From: the human T2T-CHM13v2.0 reference genome, Homo sapiens
Length of the DNA stretch: 64,000 bases
Reading direction: 5' to 3' (one strand)
Assembly: GCF_009914755.1 (NCBI RefSeq)
Contig: NC_060925.1
The notes beneath the pieces are model-generated. The model had not been told where the DNA came from. It made no database searches and saw only the letters and a list, made by a program, of their open reading frames with translations. A program made the position numbers and the translations under genes. Shown in pieces: positions 18,584 to 35,236 of this stretch (the first letter of the stretch is position 1; every line of letters begins with the position of its first letter).

Positions 18584-19635
18584 TGAGATTGATGATCTTG
18601 GTGCAGAACGAAAGCTGATAGAATAAGAGGCAGAGTGAGGAGGTAGCTCAAGATTGGTCTTTCCATCAGCCTTGGATATGAATCCCAGCTTTACCACTTA
18701 GGAAAGGTGATGGAAGGGCCACTTTTTAGATAGTTGAAAATACTATATTTTCATTTCATATTTTAAAGTGTTCACTTCCACATGCTGTCACATTATAACT
18801 ATTTTGACAAAAAAATAACATTTTTAGATGTCTTGAAAGGAACATCAGGTGTGCCTTAAAATGCAAAATTCCAGAGACAGAACAAATTAGATGCTAATTG
18901 CAATTCCTTTTACTGTCCCTTATATGGTACACTATACTATCTCTTAAATAGTAGAAATTGTCAATGCCACACTTGAATAGGAATAGTATAGTTATAGATC
19001 ATTAACTACTTTTTAAAGAGATAGAAGGAAAAAGTCAAAACTGTATGAGCTGTTATCAATTGGGTGAAATAAAATAAGAGAGTTTCCAGCTATCATCATA
19101 GTTTATCAGTGGGAAAATCAGGAATAAAGAAATTTAGAATTTAAATGTTGTTTAGGTCATCTTTTGGTAGATCCAATCAAGTTTAAAATTCTACCATGTC
19201 TTGGATATGAGCATATGACTCATTGATGGCGTTCAGTAAAATCTTTCTGTGTAGTTGGTTTAAAATTTGACTTAAAACAGGGATATAATATTTACCTTCC
19301 CTAGAGTAACAAATTTATGTTATGTAATAACCTTGACATGTTTACAAAATCATGTTTAATGGGCTCTCCAGAGCTCCAGTGAATACCACAATTTGGTCTG
19401 TTTTCAACATTTTTAAGGAATCTGGGAAAGCTGTAGGAAATGAAATATGTGTCCTAAACTTTTTGTATCAGGCTTAACTACTGCTTTCTTGAAGTTTAGC
19501 AAAAGGATAAAGGACTGTATGTTCTTCATTAACTGTAGTCAAAACTGAATTTAAGGATTTTTGATAGCTGTTTAGAATTACTGTTTGAATCTCTACTACA
19601 AAGAATATTAAGATTTTTAGCATTTGAGAGTCCTA

Positions 19636-20264
<629 letters not shown>

Positions 20265-20353
20265 TTCAGTAGACTTTATCATTTAATTCCAAGTATATAC
20301 ATATATACTTGTAGACATGTATAATTTAGTACATTGTGGTTTTTCCCAAACAG

Positions 20354-20445
20354 ATAAACAATCAGATTCTGTATGGAAGAAGTCACCAAAATGCATCTGC
20401 CATTATTAAGACTGCCCCATCAAAGGTCAAGCTGGTTTTCATCAG
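20354..20445 (+). CDS. PATJ: PATJ internal coding exon, 92 nt ([30 protein letters not shown] + AG), C-terminal part of a PDZ domain
   Basis: Acceptor ttttcccaaacag|ATA and donor ATCAG|gtaag. The translation matches the PATJ/MPDZ-type PDZ alphaB-betaF segment as I recall it. It ends in phase 2, compatible with the next exon. Confidence 0.96.
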
Positions 20446-21460
20446 GTAAGATTGCTAGATCTGGTTTTGCAAAATCAAAGACTTCTTCTGAAGATGTTAT
20501 TAGTGTAAGACTATGTCATCTTTGATTTGTCTAGCGAAATCACTGTTCCTTCTAAAAACATATATTCCTTTTGTAACTGTCACTTCAAGAAAAGTATTGA
20601 TTGTTTTGATTATGAGATTGTCTTATTTGCTTATGTTTCATGGGATAGAATTGGTAGCTGAGGCTAGTATTTATATTTCAGTTATAAAACATTCTTCCCT
20701 TTCTGGATCCATTTTTCCTGTATATAAATATAATGAAACCTGCTAACTTCTCTTCCTGTCACTACTATTTGGTACATTTGCTGAATCATTAATGTCTTCA
20801 TTAAAGAACAAACAGGAAAACAGAACTGAGGACATTCTTAGGAGCTTCCTTTTAAGAGTGCTGGTGAGAAGCTCAGAGTAGAGAAGATGTTCAGCACTGC
20901 TGCCTAGAGTTGTGTTGTGTGTTTGGGGCTTCACATTTACTCAGACCTCCCTGCAAGCTGATTGAGCCCTCATGGTACAAGTAAATCAGAATTAGGAATC
21001 TTACTGTTTGTAGTCAACATTGCCACATTAGCAATAGAAATGAGGTTGTTTGATTCTCTTTACTGGACTGAAATGACAAGTAAATCTGAATTACTTTTAG
21101 GTCATGTACCTAACCCTCTATGTTCACTGTAGCTCTGCTTCTTTTTCCTTCTGGGACTCAGTTATCATCTGTAAAATGGGATAATAAAGCATCTCCCTCA
21201 TTCATTGTGATATTTCAGAAATTGAAAATGCTCAATACAACATCTAGCATAGAGTAAGGGGTGAAAGAATGTTAGCTGCTATTTTAGGATTATGACAATC
21301 ATTATTATTCTTCCCTTTCTCGTTAGTTACCAGCAGTAAGATCTGTCCATTCCCAGGGACCACTGGGATTAGGAGGTAGTTTTATTCCCAGCTTGGGCAC
21401 TAACGTGATTGAAATATCCCTTCCCACTTCTACTTTGCTCCTGAAGAAATCCTACATTAG

Positions 21461-22028
<568 letters not shown>

Positions 22029-22237
22029 GAAATCCTATATTAGCATCCTTTTCTCTCATCTAGTGGCACTTTCTGGCTTTCTAGTTTTTCACTCTATTTT
22101 CAGAGAGTGAAAGCTTCCTCCTTCACCTATGTCTTTGTATATTAAGATGAGCCCTTTATCCTTACACTCCTTTGACATCCTCTGTTAGACACCAGTCTCC
22201 TTTTTGGTTTTCTTGTCCTTTCTTTTGGCAAGGGTTA

Positions 22238-22685
<448 letters not shown>

Positions 22686-23249
22686 CTAGTACATGAGAAG
22701 ATATATGTAGCACTTAACAGTATCAGCATCTGCACATGGTGCAGATTTGTACCATTGCAAATGGTACAATGTACTATGTACATATGCAATGTAAATGTAC
22801 ATTTAGTACGTAGTGATGGCTGCTACCACAAGAGCTGTTATCAACAGTACGTACCTCTTCAGCATTTGTGGGGCTTTTATTATCCACATGGGCCATGCCA
22901 TTTTAAAGAGAGCAAAAAGAAAATTGAATAGAGTCCAAAGGAAATAATGTAATGCAATTGTGTAGTTGGGAAATAAAACCCTCCTCCTTCCATAAAGAAA
23001 GGTTAAATAATTTGAAATTATTTAGAAGACAGAAGGGAAAGCTGAATAGAATTTTAATCATAGTAGTAAAGCTCCATCAATTTACAGTCTGATTATTTCA
23101 GTTTTGATCATTGAACAGAACAGAATCAAGAAAAGAATTTGTTGACTAAATTAATGGTATACACAAGATTAAGGATGCTGCTGAATGCTTATTTACTGGA
23201 AGTGATGTTAAGCAATTTAGAAGTATCAATGTACATTTAAAATCTGTAA

Positions 23250-23917
<668 letters not shown>

Positions 23918-25505
23918 AAACCTTTCCTGCATGGTCATTCAATTACAGTGTGTAGCATATAATGAGTGTTCAGAAAGCTTTATTGAATAAATTTCCTTTT
24001 CACTCCTACTAAGCAACTCTAGGTTACTTATTGTCCAAAATCAACAATTATAGTAAGTTCGTTGTTGTTGTTATTTTGTGGATTAAAAATATATATATTT
24101 CTGTAACTCAGTATTTTACAAAATTCCTCATACGTCAGTCCCTCTTCCCAGTACTTTCCCAAATTAGCTAAGTTTTTTTATACCTTCTTTTATAGGGAGA
24201 AAAAACATATAGGAGTGATTCTGAATAATTATTTATTATAAGAATCCTGATTTTGCCTATTTTAGAATCAAATCCTGAAGAAGTTAAAATTCGATTCATT
24301 ATCAAGTTTCCAGAAGTTAACACTTAAATCATCTCAGTACCACAGATGCGACTTTGTTTTTCTTTTAAACTCTGCATAACTTGTACTGTGTTATAACGTT
24401 ACTTTGAGGACTAGTTTTTATAAATTGTATTTCTTTACAATTTGCACTTCTATTTGGCAAAATTTCCTTCCTTAGTTGAAATTATTCTCTGTGCTTTTCC
24501 ATTATACAGAAAATTTTGGCTTTTATACCTTGACAACTGTTTTTCAAATGTATTGACAATTGAGATGGAAATGGGAACTGGCCACAGGTTTTAGAGAACG
24601 ATTAGCAGTAATCACAGAAAGCTATTAAAATATGCTGCAGGCAACATTTTAATTAACTAAGGCCTTTAGTCTATAGCAATGTACATTTTGTAATCAGGTC
24701 CTTGTCATATTCTTTTAACACTTGTATTTATTCATATACTAATTTATCTATAATTGGCAAGGGGTCTGTGTGTCATTAGCACAAATCAGCAAGTTGCAGC
24801 TATTTATACATGACTTACATAATCACTTTTTCCCTTTTGCTTTTCGCATCATTAGATTTTGGATAATCCTGGAAATTGTACCCTAAACATATGGTCTCTG
24901 ATACACTAAATTATTCAACTCTGGATCATCCAGATGTGTATTACAATCTGGGTGCTTGCTATGTACTCTACATTCAATTCTGTGGGTTTTCGTGTTTGGC
25001 ATTCTCCCCTTCATGTGAGCACACCAATTTAAGTACAAGAGGAGAGCTGTATTAACACAACAAATGAATTGCTGTATTTGGCAGTGCAGGGATCCAAGGA
25101 GATTAATGATCTTGCCTGCAGCTCTTGTCGTACCTTCCCCCACTATCAAAAATTGAATGTCATGTATAACAACTCACTCTCCATTACTTAATTACATGTG
25201 GAAAATGTGTACTGTGTAAAAACTCCTGGGGCTAAAGGAAACGAGATGAAACTGAAATCCTTGGAAAGATTTAGTGCTAGCTGTCAAGCCCCACTGAGTA
25301 AAAGTGGACTCACCATGGGCTCCACCTTCCTGTATCGATTGAACATACGTCTTCCTTTTGTAATTAAAAATATAGTGTGGCTCGTTATCCTCTGGCCATA
25401 TCCCTGAAAGATGATATTGCTTGAATTAATGTGAATGCCAGAGTCATCTTAAGGAGATGACCATCTGAAGAAGCAACTCGGATGCCTATTTTAAAAATCC
25501 TTCTT

Positions 25506-25807
<302 letters not shown>

Positions 25808-25894
25808 TCCTTCTTGTGCTCTTGATTCATTAGATCTAGTTTTGATAAACAGGAAAAAAGAATGCATGCATAAGCATGAGTTTAACTTTCATAA

Positions 25895-26180
25895 AGAAAC
25901 ATTCATTCATTTTTTTAACAGGTGTTTACAGAACACCTACTTGTGTTAATGCTGTGGAGTCAGTGATGGAAAGAACACAATTTCTGTCTGAAAGGAGGAG
26001 ACAGAGAATAAACAATAGTCTAGTACCTTATCCAGTGATATAAGTACTGTGATGCTATAGGGACATATAGGAGATGCATCTGATGTAGTCTTTGGGGCCC
26101 ATGGGAAGATGTCACAGAGAAAGATGCTTAGGCTAAGACTCGAAGGATAAGTAAGCAAAGTCATAGGATGTATAGAAACC
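25895..26180 (-). mobile_element. L2 3' fragment
   Basis: attcattcatt...aacaggtgtttacagaacacctact. Confidence 0.55.
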
Positions 26181-26339
26181 CAAAGATTCCACAATTGGAT
26201 ACCCAATCAAAATACCTGGACATTTGCTTCTAGGAGAGAAGCAATCCTTCTTTAGGAAAGTATCATTGAGTAAGTATAGCTGTGTATGTCAATCATTTTG
26301 AATTCTGTAAGGTAGCATGATGTCGGCTGCAGATTTTTC

Positions 26340-26905
26340 AGAGATGGCTCTTATCATTTTGAGGTGTTCCTTCAATGCATAGTCTGTTGAGGGTTTTTAT
26401 TATGAAGCCATGTTGGATTTTATCAAAAGCTTTTTCTGCATCTATTGAGATGATCATCATATGATTTTCGCTTTTGATTCTGTTTATGTGGTGAATCACA
26501 TTTACTGATTTGTGTATGTTGAACCAGCCTTGCATCTCAGGAATAAAGCCTACTTGATTGTGGTGTTTAGCTTTTTGATGTGCTGCTGAATTCGGTTTGC
26601 TAATATTTTGTTGATGATTTTTGCTTTTATGTTCATGAGGGATACTGGCCTGAAGTTTTCTTTTTTTGTTGTGTCTCTGCCAGATTTTGGTGTTAGGCTG
26701 GTGCTGGCTTCATAGAATGAGTTAGAGAGGTGCCCCTCCTCCTTGATTTTTTTGGAATAGTTTCAGTAAGATTGGTATCAGTTCTTCTTTGTACATCTGG
26801 TAGAATTCAGTTGTGAATCCATCTGGTCCAGGGCTTTTTTTGGTTGGCAGGGTTTTTTTTAATTACCAATTCAATTTCAGAAGTTGATATTGGTCTATTC
26901 AGTTT
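26340..26905 (-). mobile_element. L1 (L1PA/PB) ORF2 RT-region fragment
   Basis: ORF 26338-26535 reads [19 protein letters not shown]...[14 protein letters not shown]. Confidence 0.9.
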
Positions 26906-27157
26906 TACTCTTTCGTGGGCAGAATTGGTAATTTTTTCTTTGCTACGTCCATTCCTTAATATAATACCTGCATATATTAGCTTACAGGAATTATGCCTAC
27001 ATTTGTTTCACCTCTTTTGGCACTCAGAAACAACTAATTGAGATGGTCATCAGGGATGACATGAGCTTGCTTTTTTTCTTTTTTGCTGGTCAATATTTAT
27101 ACTATTTGCCCAGTGGAATTCCTGTTTCCTTGGGTAGACCCCCACTTCCCACCTCCC

Positions 27158-27158
<1 letters not shown>

Positions 27159-27191
<33 letters not shown>
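27159..27191 (+). repeat. (CA)n microsatellite
   Basis: Direct reading. Confidence 0.97.
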
Positions 27192-27193
<2 letters not shown>

Positions 27194-27913
27194 GAAACAA
27201 TACATCTAGATGCCTGTCTCCCTCTGTGGAAGGTGAAGGAGCCAATTCTTTCTCTCACTGCCAAAGTGTGGCCAGCGGGTGTTCAATGTGTCTTACATTT
27301 TGGCAATATGATACCTTAGGCATAGAATTGGAAGCAAGCAATGTGAGTGACTTGATACGAATGGTGTTTATTCATAGAGCCACAGTGCCCTGGCCAGACA
27401 CTCCTGCTACATCATTCTGTTTCCTACTTCCTTGTCCTCTGGAAGTCTCTTAGTTCCCAACTGTCCCAAGCCTGATCCTATAGCCTATCAATTTTGTGAG
27501 AGCTCAGTATCCCTCCAGTAAATTTTCTTTTGCTTAAGTTGGCCCAAATTTATTTTTATTGCTTACTGTCAAAGAATCTTAATGAACAGATAAGAAATAG
27601 AGCTATCTGAACAAATTACGAGCAACCAGAGTGAGACATTTGGTTTCCTCTGTGCATCTTCCTGTCACTTGTAAGCTTTTAGCCTTAGAATTCTGAGTTT
27701 TTCATCCTTCAAACGACTTTAGCAGAGTATAAAGCCTCTGAACAAGTCTCTACTGAGGATCTCCTGCATCACTCATTACCATTGCCAAACCGTTGCTGGC
27801 TCTTGAAATGAGATTACCATGATTATCAAAGAGGAATCAGGCAGGATTTGTCCCAGTTTGTCCCTGAGGGTGAGGATCCCAGCACATGGCCTTATGGTGA
27901 GGGCTGTATATTA

Positions 27914-28321
<408 letters not shown>

Positions 28322-28935
28322 GGCTCTCTTTGATAAACTTATTAGGCCAAGTCATCCATTCCATCCAGTCCTAAGTTCCCCACATCAACTCCCCTGCCAG
28401 CCTGCACTGCCAAATATTTTATGAGCCACCTTTTCCTCGGCACAACTGGTGACAATTATTTAGAACATGCCTCAGGCCTCCTGTGTAGAATGTGGGTCTA
28501 GAAACTGCTTTCTCCCAGCAGCCCTCATTAGTAATTGACATTGTTTGAAGGGCCAAGTAAATAGAACTCATTATTCCACTGTCAATGGACTTTTATTTCC
28601 GATTTGACATACTCAGCTATTTTGGTAGTTTCTTCTAATTGTGAATTGGAACTGTTTACTCTGTTCATATAGTTAGGAATATCTCCTGGAATCTTTTTGG
28701 AAAGGAATTTTCCCATTGAGATAGAATGATTTGCTTTGTTTTGTACATTACTTCTGGTTCATTTACATGGAGCTTTCCTGGCTGAATGTTAATTCAGTGT
28801 CATGTTCCAATTAATACAGGAAGTATAGAGATTACTTTTTACTATCCTGGAATGTCTCAGATGACTAGATTTAGTATAATCAGAAAGCAATATCCAGGCC
28901 TGGTGAGTTGTGTTGATGTGTTCATTTATTCAACA

Positions 28936-28937
<2 letters not shown>

Positions 28938-28974
<37 letters not shown>
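28938..28974 (+). repeat. (TG)n microsatellite
   Basis: Direct reading. Confidence 0.97.
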
Positions 28975-28976
<2 letters not shown>

Positions 28977-29281
28977 ATGCACCTAAATGATGTACCAGGC
29001 ACTAGATTGTAGTTGTAATCATTTTAGAACAAGTTGCAATAAATAAAGTCAGCCTGCTCAACAATCCAGGCTGAATTCAGGCACATAACTTCTGCTTTTG
29101 ATAAAACGGTATTTTGTTGGCATAAAATGAGATCCTATGGATTTGCTGAAAGGACGTTTCCAAGAGGCAGGCCCAGAGCATGCTGAAGACAATCATGATT
29201 TTAAGTGACATTCTAAATAATTCAAACATATTTTCATCACACTTTCACTTCTTTTCTTGCTCAGGTAATTTTAATTGCAAT

Positions 29282-29432
29282 GAAATAAACATAACACAAT
29301 TTCACCATAGGACCCAGCAACTCTACTTGTGGAGTATATGTCCAAAATAATTGAAAGCTGGGTCTGGAAGAGATATTTCTATTTCCGTGTTCATAGCAAC
29401 ATTATTTGCTGTAGCCAAAAGGTGGAAGCAAC
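29282..29432 (+). mobile_element. Short sense L1MB fragment, inverted relative to its neighbour
   Basis: Encodes [27 protein letters not shown]. Confidence 0.8.
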
Positions 29433-30660
29433 CGAGTATAACATATAACACAAAAGGTACCATCTTTACCATTTTAAGTGCACAGTTCAGTGGCATGAAG
29501 TACATTCACACTGTTGGGCAACCATCATCACCATCCATCTCCAGAATTATTTCATCTTCCCAAACTGAATCTCTGTATACATTAAACAACAACTCCCCAT
29601 TCTTCCCTCCTCTCAGCCCCTGGAAGCCACCATTCTACTGTCTGTCTCTGAATTTGACTGCCGTAGGTACCTCACATAAGTGGACTCATGCAGTATTTGT
29701 CCTTCTGTGACTGGTATATTTCACTTAGCATGTATTTTCAATGTTCATTCATGTCACAGCATGTGCTAGAATTTCTTTTTAAGGCTGAATAACGTTCCAT
29801 TTTATGTATGTGCCATGTTTGTTTATCCACGCATCCATTGATAGGTACTTGGGTTGCTTCCACCTTTTGGTGACTGTAGATAATGCTGCTATGAACATGG
29901 ATATACAGATATCTCTTCCAGACCCTGCTTTCAATTCTTTTGGATATATACCACACAAATGGAATTCCTGAGTCATACAGTTATTCTATTTTTAATTTTC
30001 TGAGGAACCTCCATACTGTTTTCCATAGTTGCTGTACCATTTTACATCCCTACCAACAATGTACACAGGTTTTAATTTCTTCATAACCTTGCCAACATTC
30101 CTTTTTTTTTTTTTTTTTTGGATAGTATCCATCCTAATGAGTGTAAGGTGGTATCTCATTGTGATTTTGATGTGCATGATTTGCACTTTCCTGATGGATT
30201 AGTGATATTGAGCATCTTTTCATGTGCTTATTGGCTTTTTGTGTGTTTTCTTTATAGAAATGTCTATTCAAGTCCCTTGCCCATTTTTTTAATGAGATTG
30301 TTTGTTTTGCTGTTGTTGAGTTATGGTCTTTACATATTGTAGATATTAACCACTTGTCAGATATGTGATTTGCAAATATTTTCTCCTGTTTCATAAGTTG
30401 CCTGTTCACTCTGTTGATTGTGCCCTTTGATATACACAAGGTTTTTTATTTTGATGTCCAATTTATCTATTTTTGTTGTTGTTACCTGTGCTTTTGGTGT
30501 TGTATTCAAGAAATTATTGTCAAATCCAATGTCACAAAGCATTTCATCCCTATATTTTCATCTAAGAGTTTTATAGTTTTAGCTCTTATATTAAGCCCTT
30601 GATTCATTTTGAGTTTATTTTCATATATGGTATAAAGGAAGGCTATGACTTCATTCTTTT

Positions 30661-30844
30661 TTTCCCCTCTCTTAGAGTTGAGGATCTCTCTATGTTGCTC
30701 AGGCTGGAGAGTAGTGGCTCTTCACAGGCATGATCATAGCACAGTTTGGCCCCAGACTCCTGGCCTCAAGCCATCCTCCCACCTCAGCCTTTTGAGTAGC
30801 TAGGATTACAGATGCACCCCATCAGTGTAACCTTCATCCAGAAG
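30661..30844 (-). mobile_element. Alu monomer (FAM/FLAM-like) in L1MB
   Basis: TSD gacttcattctttt on both sides. Confidence 0.75.
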
Positions 30845-30960
30845 ACTTCATTCTTTTACATGTAGATATCCAGTTTTTCCAGCACCATTTGTTGAAAAGA
30901 TCATCCATTCCCCCATTGAATGGTCTTGGTGTTCTAGTTGAAAATCCCTTAATCATATAC

Positions 30961-31476
30961 AGGGTGAGTGTGGTGGCTCATGCCTGTCATCCCAGCACTT
31001 TGGGAGGCTGAGGTGGGAGGATTGCTTGAGCTCAGGAATTCAAGACCAGACTGGGCAACATAGCGAGACCTCATCTCTACTAAAATTCAAAAAGAAAATT
31101 AGCCCAGTGTGGTGGCACACACCTGTGGTCCCAGCTTCTTGGGAATCTGAGGTGTGAGGATTGCTCTAGCCCAGAAGGTCAAGGCTGCAGTGAGCCATGA
31201 TCATGTCACCCACACTGCTACCTGGGCAACAGAAGAAGACTGTGTTTAAAAAAAAAGAAAAAGAAAAGAAAAGCCAGAAATGGTAGCCTGTACCTGTAGT
31301 CCCAGCTATTCAGAAGGCTGAGGTGGGAGGTTCGCTTGAGCCTGGGAGTTTGAGGTTTCAAGTCTACAATGAGCTATGATCATGCCACTGCACTCCAGCC
31401 TGGGTGACAGAGCGAGACCCTGTCTCAAAATACATACATACATACATACATACATACATACATACATACATACACG
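30961..31476 (+). mobile_element. AluJ plus an additional right monomer with a (TACA)n tail
   Basis: Three monomers in tandem; (TACA)n at about 31431-31474. Confidence 0.85.
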
Positions 31477-32994
31477 TATACCAGGGTTTATTTCTTGGCT
31501 GTCTGTCCTATTCCATTGGTTAATATGTCTATCTTTATGCCAGTACCACACTGTTTTGATTACCGTAGCTTTGCAGTAGGTTTGAACATCAAGGAAAGGT
31601 AAGACCTTCAACTTTATTTTTCTTTTTCAAGATTGTTTTGGCTATTTGGGATGCCTTGAAATTCCTTATGAATTATAAGATGAAACACACTTTCTTGCTT
31701 TTAGAAGAGGCAGAAATGCTTCTTAGGAATATCTCATATCCTGATGAAGTGATGGCATTCTACAAACATACACACACTGCCTGTTACATTAGATGTCTTA
31801 TTTTTCATCATTCATAAATTGTCATCATGGGCTTGTTGTGTTTCCCTGAAGCATGAGTATGTTCTCCTCATGACCACTAATTTTTCTTTTGGCAACAATT
31901 TACAGTGTTCTTTTCGAGTTTATATTAGAGTATCCCATATTTATCCTAAGGAATTAGTCAAGGGCTATCAAATAACATGTTAATGAAATCCCTTATTACA
32001 GTTTGAATTATGGTTACACCTTTGAGGGATAAAGAATAAATATATAATGTTATATCAACAAAGTGCTGTATATGACATATATGTGCATCCAAAAATACAG
32101 TGAAATACCCTTAGAAGAATAGAATGAAGTTACTGAGACAAGCCACATGAGCAGTTTAGAAATTCAAAGGAGCAAGCGATTGCTGTTGGAGAAGTGGGTA
32201 CAGCGAGAGTTAGTTAATATTTAATACTAGCTAGGTAGACTTACATAGGAAAGAACTGAGTCCAAATGGCATCAGCAAATTCATGATTTACTGAGTGCCT
32301 CCTGTATGTCATATGCCATAAAAGGTCATACAGTTAAGTAAGAAGTTCTCCAGCAACTACAAAGACATGCAAATAAGAAACTATACATCAGGCAAAACAA
32401 ACATCCATAGAGGGAACTCATTGATGTTGGGTTATTTTCAGGCTCGGTTCCAGTGGGTAGTTTTCACAGTTGAGAGGGAGCAATTTGGATGGATTCAGAT
32501 GCAGAGAAAGCAGAACAAGAAAACAAGTAGTGATACTGTTGTCATAGACCAGGCAACATGAAAAGGACATGAATTAGGATGGAAACTGTGGGATTAAAAG
32601 AAAAAAGAAGAATAAAGCCTTTAGATTAAACCATTAGACTCAGCGGTGTTTTAAATTTTTTGGTTGATGGCTGAATGAATTAATAGCAACCGAGGATGTA
32701 GCACCTGGAAGTTTAAGCATTTGAGATTTAACATCACAAAGCCATAAAACATTAAATATTTACTTCTGTTAGTGTGCTTTGGCTTTGACGTTTACATTAT
32801 CTCATAACAATTCTATTAATATTAGACATTATCCCAATTTTAAAGATTGAGAAACCAGGGTTTTAAGTTGTTTTGTATCTTATTTATATCTTATCAGTGA
32901 TAGAATCCATACCTTTGCTTTGGTCTGTCTGTGCCTTTGCTTATATTCATTTCCAAGCCAACGTAGTTGTCTTGTACTACACATTATCATGGAT

Positions 32995-33450
32995 TTATTT
33001 TTTAATTGGGGTATAATTTATACTCAGTGCAATAGATTTTATCTTAAGTCTATTGAGTTTTGATAATTGCATACACCTGTGTAACCTCCACACAAAACAA
33101 AAATATAGACTATTCGTTCACCTCCAAAAGATTGCTGGTGTCCCTTTACAGTCACTCTCTCCTTCCCCCAAGAGCCACCTGCTTCCTGATTTCTGTCACT
33201 ATAGGTTAGTTTCAACTGTTCTTAAACTTAATGTAAATAGAATCAAACAGCATTTATTCTTTTGTGTCTGGTTTCTTTCATTAACATAACATTTTTGAGA
33301 TTTATCCATGTCGTGTTTATCAAAAGTTTGTTCCTTTAATCACAGAGTAATACTTCACTCTATGAATATACAAAAATTTGATGATCATTCTCCTGTAGGT
33401 GAACATTTGGGTTGTTTCCAGTTTTTAGTTACTATGAATAAGGTATGAAC
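32995..33450 (-). mobile_element. Old L1M 3' end
   Basis: tttaattggggtataatttatac...gaacatttgggttgtttccagttttt. Confidence 0.7.
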
Positions 33451-34154
33451 GTGGCTTTTTAAAAAATTATTGAATAAACTTGTATAGAACATGTTAGAAT
33501 CAGGGTAGACACAGTTATGCTTCAGTAACAAACAGCCCCAAAACTCATGGCTTAAGACAACAAAGAAATAAACAAAGGTTTATTTCTTTCTCATGTTACA
33601 TACCCGTCAGGGTTCCTTACTGAGCCCTCTGTTCACCGTGGTCATTCATGTACCCAGGCAGCAGAGGCTCCTTCTCAGCATTTGTTTCCATGATCACCAA
33701 TGCAGAAACAGGAAACGTAGCTAATCAAGCACTGGTTCACCTTTAAAGAGGAAGAAAAGTTGAAGCTAGAGGATTTATGAACAGCCCTAATATCTATCCC
33801 AGAATAGTACTGAGGAAATTACACTCCGCTGTAATATTCACCACTATACCTGCCCCATCACACAAAATGAAATTTTAAAGCATTTTATAGTCATTATATC
33901 TCTATAAGGGATAGGTAATATGTTAATAGATAAAACACCCAGGACCCACATATGAAATGTGGACAGATTGCAGTTAATACAGTGAGCAGACTTAGAACCT
34001 TGCATGTATTTTTACCCCAAGGAAATTTATTAAATAATTTAAAAAGTAATAGCCCAAAATTTAATAGCCTGGACTTACCTAGGGATTTTAACTTGCGTAT
34101 ATGAGAGAAGGAGACATCTGTGGCTCTGGATAGGCTATGAAAATGGGAAACACT

Positions 34155-34400
34155 GTAGTATAGTAGTTAAGAGTAGGTTTTGAAACCAGATTGCTGTTTT
34201 TGAACCTCAGCTCTGCCATTTGTCAGCTTTGTGATTTATAAGCTGTGTGACTTTGGTCAGGTTGCTTAACCTTTCTGTAAAACCAAGAGAAAATGAAAAA
34301 AATAATTCTAACTACTACCTAGACTTGTTATGAAGGTTAAAATGAGTTAATGTATGTAAAGGATTTTGAACAATGGTACCTGGTAAGCAGTCAAATGTTA
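34155..34400 (+). mobile_element. MIR
   Basis: ctcagctctgccatt...gtgactttgg...aggttaaaatgagttaatgtatgtaaag. Confidence 0.7.
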
Positions 34401-34447
34401 TGTTTCTAGTTATATTTCCGGTGACCATGTTTTCCAAATCAAAATTT

Positions 34448-35060
34448 GTGTCATGTATTAATTTTCTCTTGTTATGTAACAAATTACCAAAATTGAATGG
34501 CAGAAAACAATACCTGTTTATTGGCTCACAGTTGTGTAGGTCAGAATGCTGGCATGACAAGCCATGGCTCAGTTCTCTGCCCAGGATATCACCAAGCTGA
34601 AGTCAAGGCGTTGGTCAGGCTGAGGTCTTGTCTGGAGGCTTTGGGGGAAAAGTTGCTTCCAGGCTTATTCTCTATTTTCTTGCTGGTTCTCAGGTGGGGG
34701 CTGCTCTCAGCTCCTAGAGGTCCCCCACAGTCCTTGTCAGGAAGCCCCCTCCATCCTGAAGCAAACAATGGTGCTTCCAATCTCTGACTTCCTGTCTGTG
34801 ACCTCTAGGCATTCCACAAAGAATTTAATTGGTTTAGAATTCATTTAAGTCAACCTACTAATTTAAGGATTTAGGATATGAGGTTCTAAGTGAAATCTCC
34901 AGATTTGAAGGGCTTGTATGATTAGGTCAGGTCCAAACTGATAATCTCCCTTTATCTTATAGTCAGCTGTGACTTATCATATAGTTTAATTATGGAAGTG
35001 AAATTTGTCTGTAAACTGGGGGCAGGAATTTTGGGAGACTTGTTAGCATTTTGTCTAACA
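34448..35060 (-). mobile_element. MLT1-family LTR (MLT1E/F-like)
   Basis: gtaacaaattaccaaaatt...ttggctcacagtt...ggcaggaattttggg. Confidence 0.6.
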
Positions 35061-35236
35061 CAAGTTATATGATTTTTACCAATGTGAGTTTCATTTTTAT
35101 AACAAAGCAGAATTCAAATCAGGATCCAGAATGTGTGTTTTCCACAAACATAAATATATTCTACAAACAAGAAGCTGAATTAGAGGTATTCTTAGCATGC
35201 TTTTGGAGAAAAACTAAATTGAGATCCCTTGAGTAG

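Larger units (their letters stand above)
29436..31685 (-). mobile_element. L1MB-type element (3' end and ORF2 remnant) with nested Alus
   Basis: Several minus-strand ORFs give degenerate ORF2p peptides ([31 protein letters not shown]). Confidence 0.88.
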
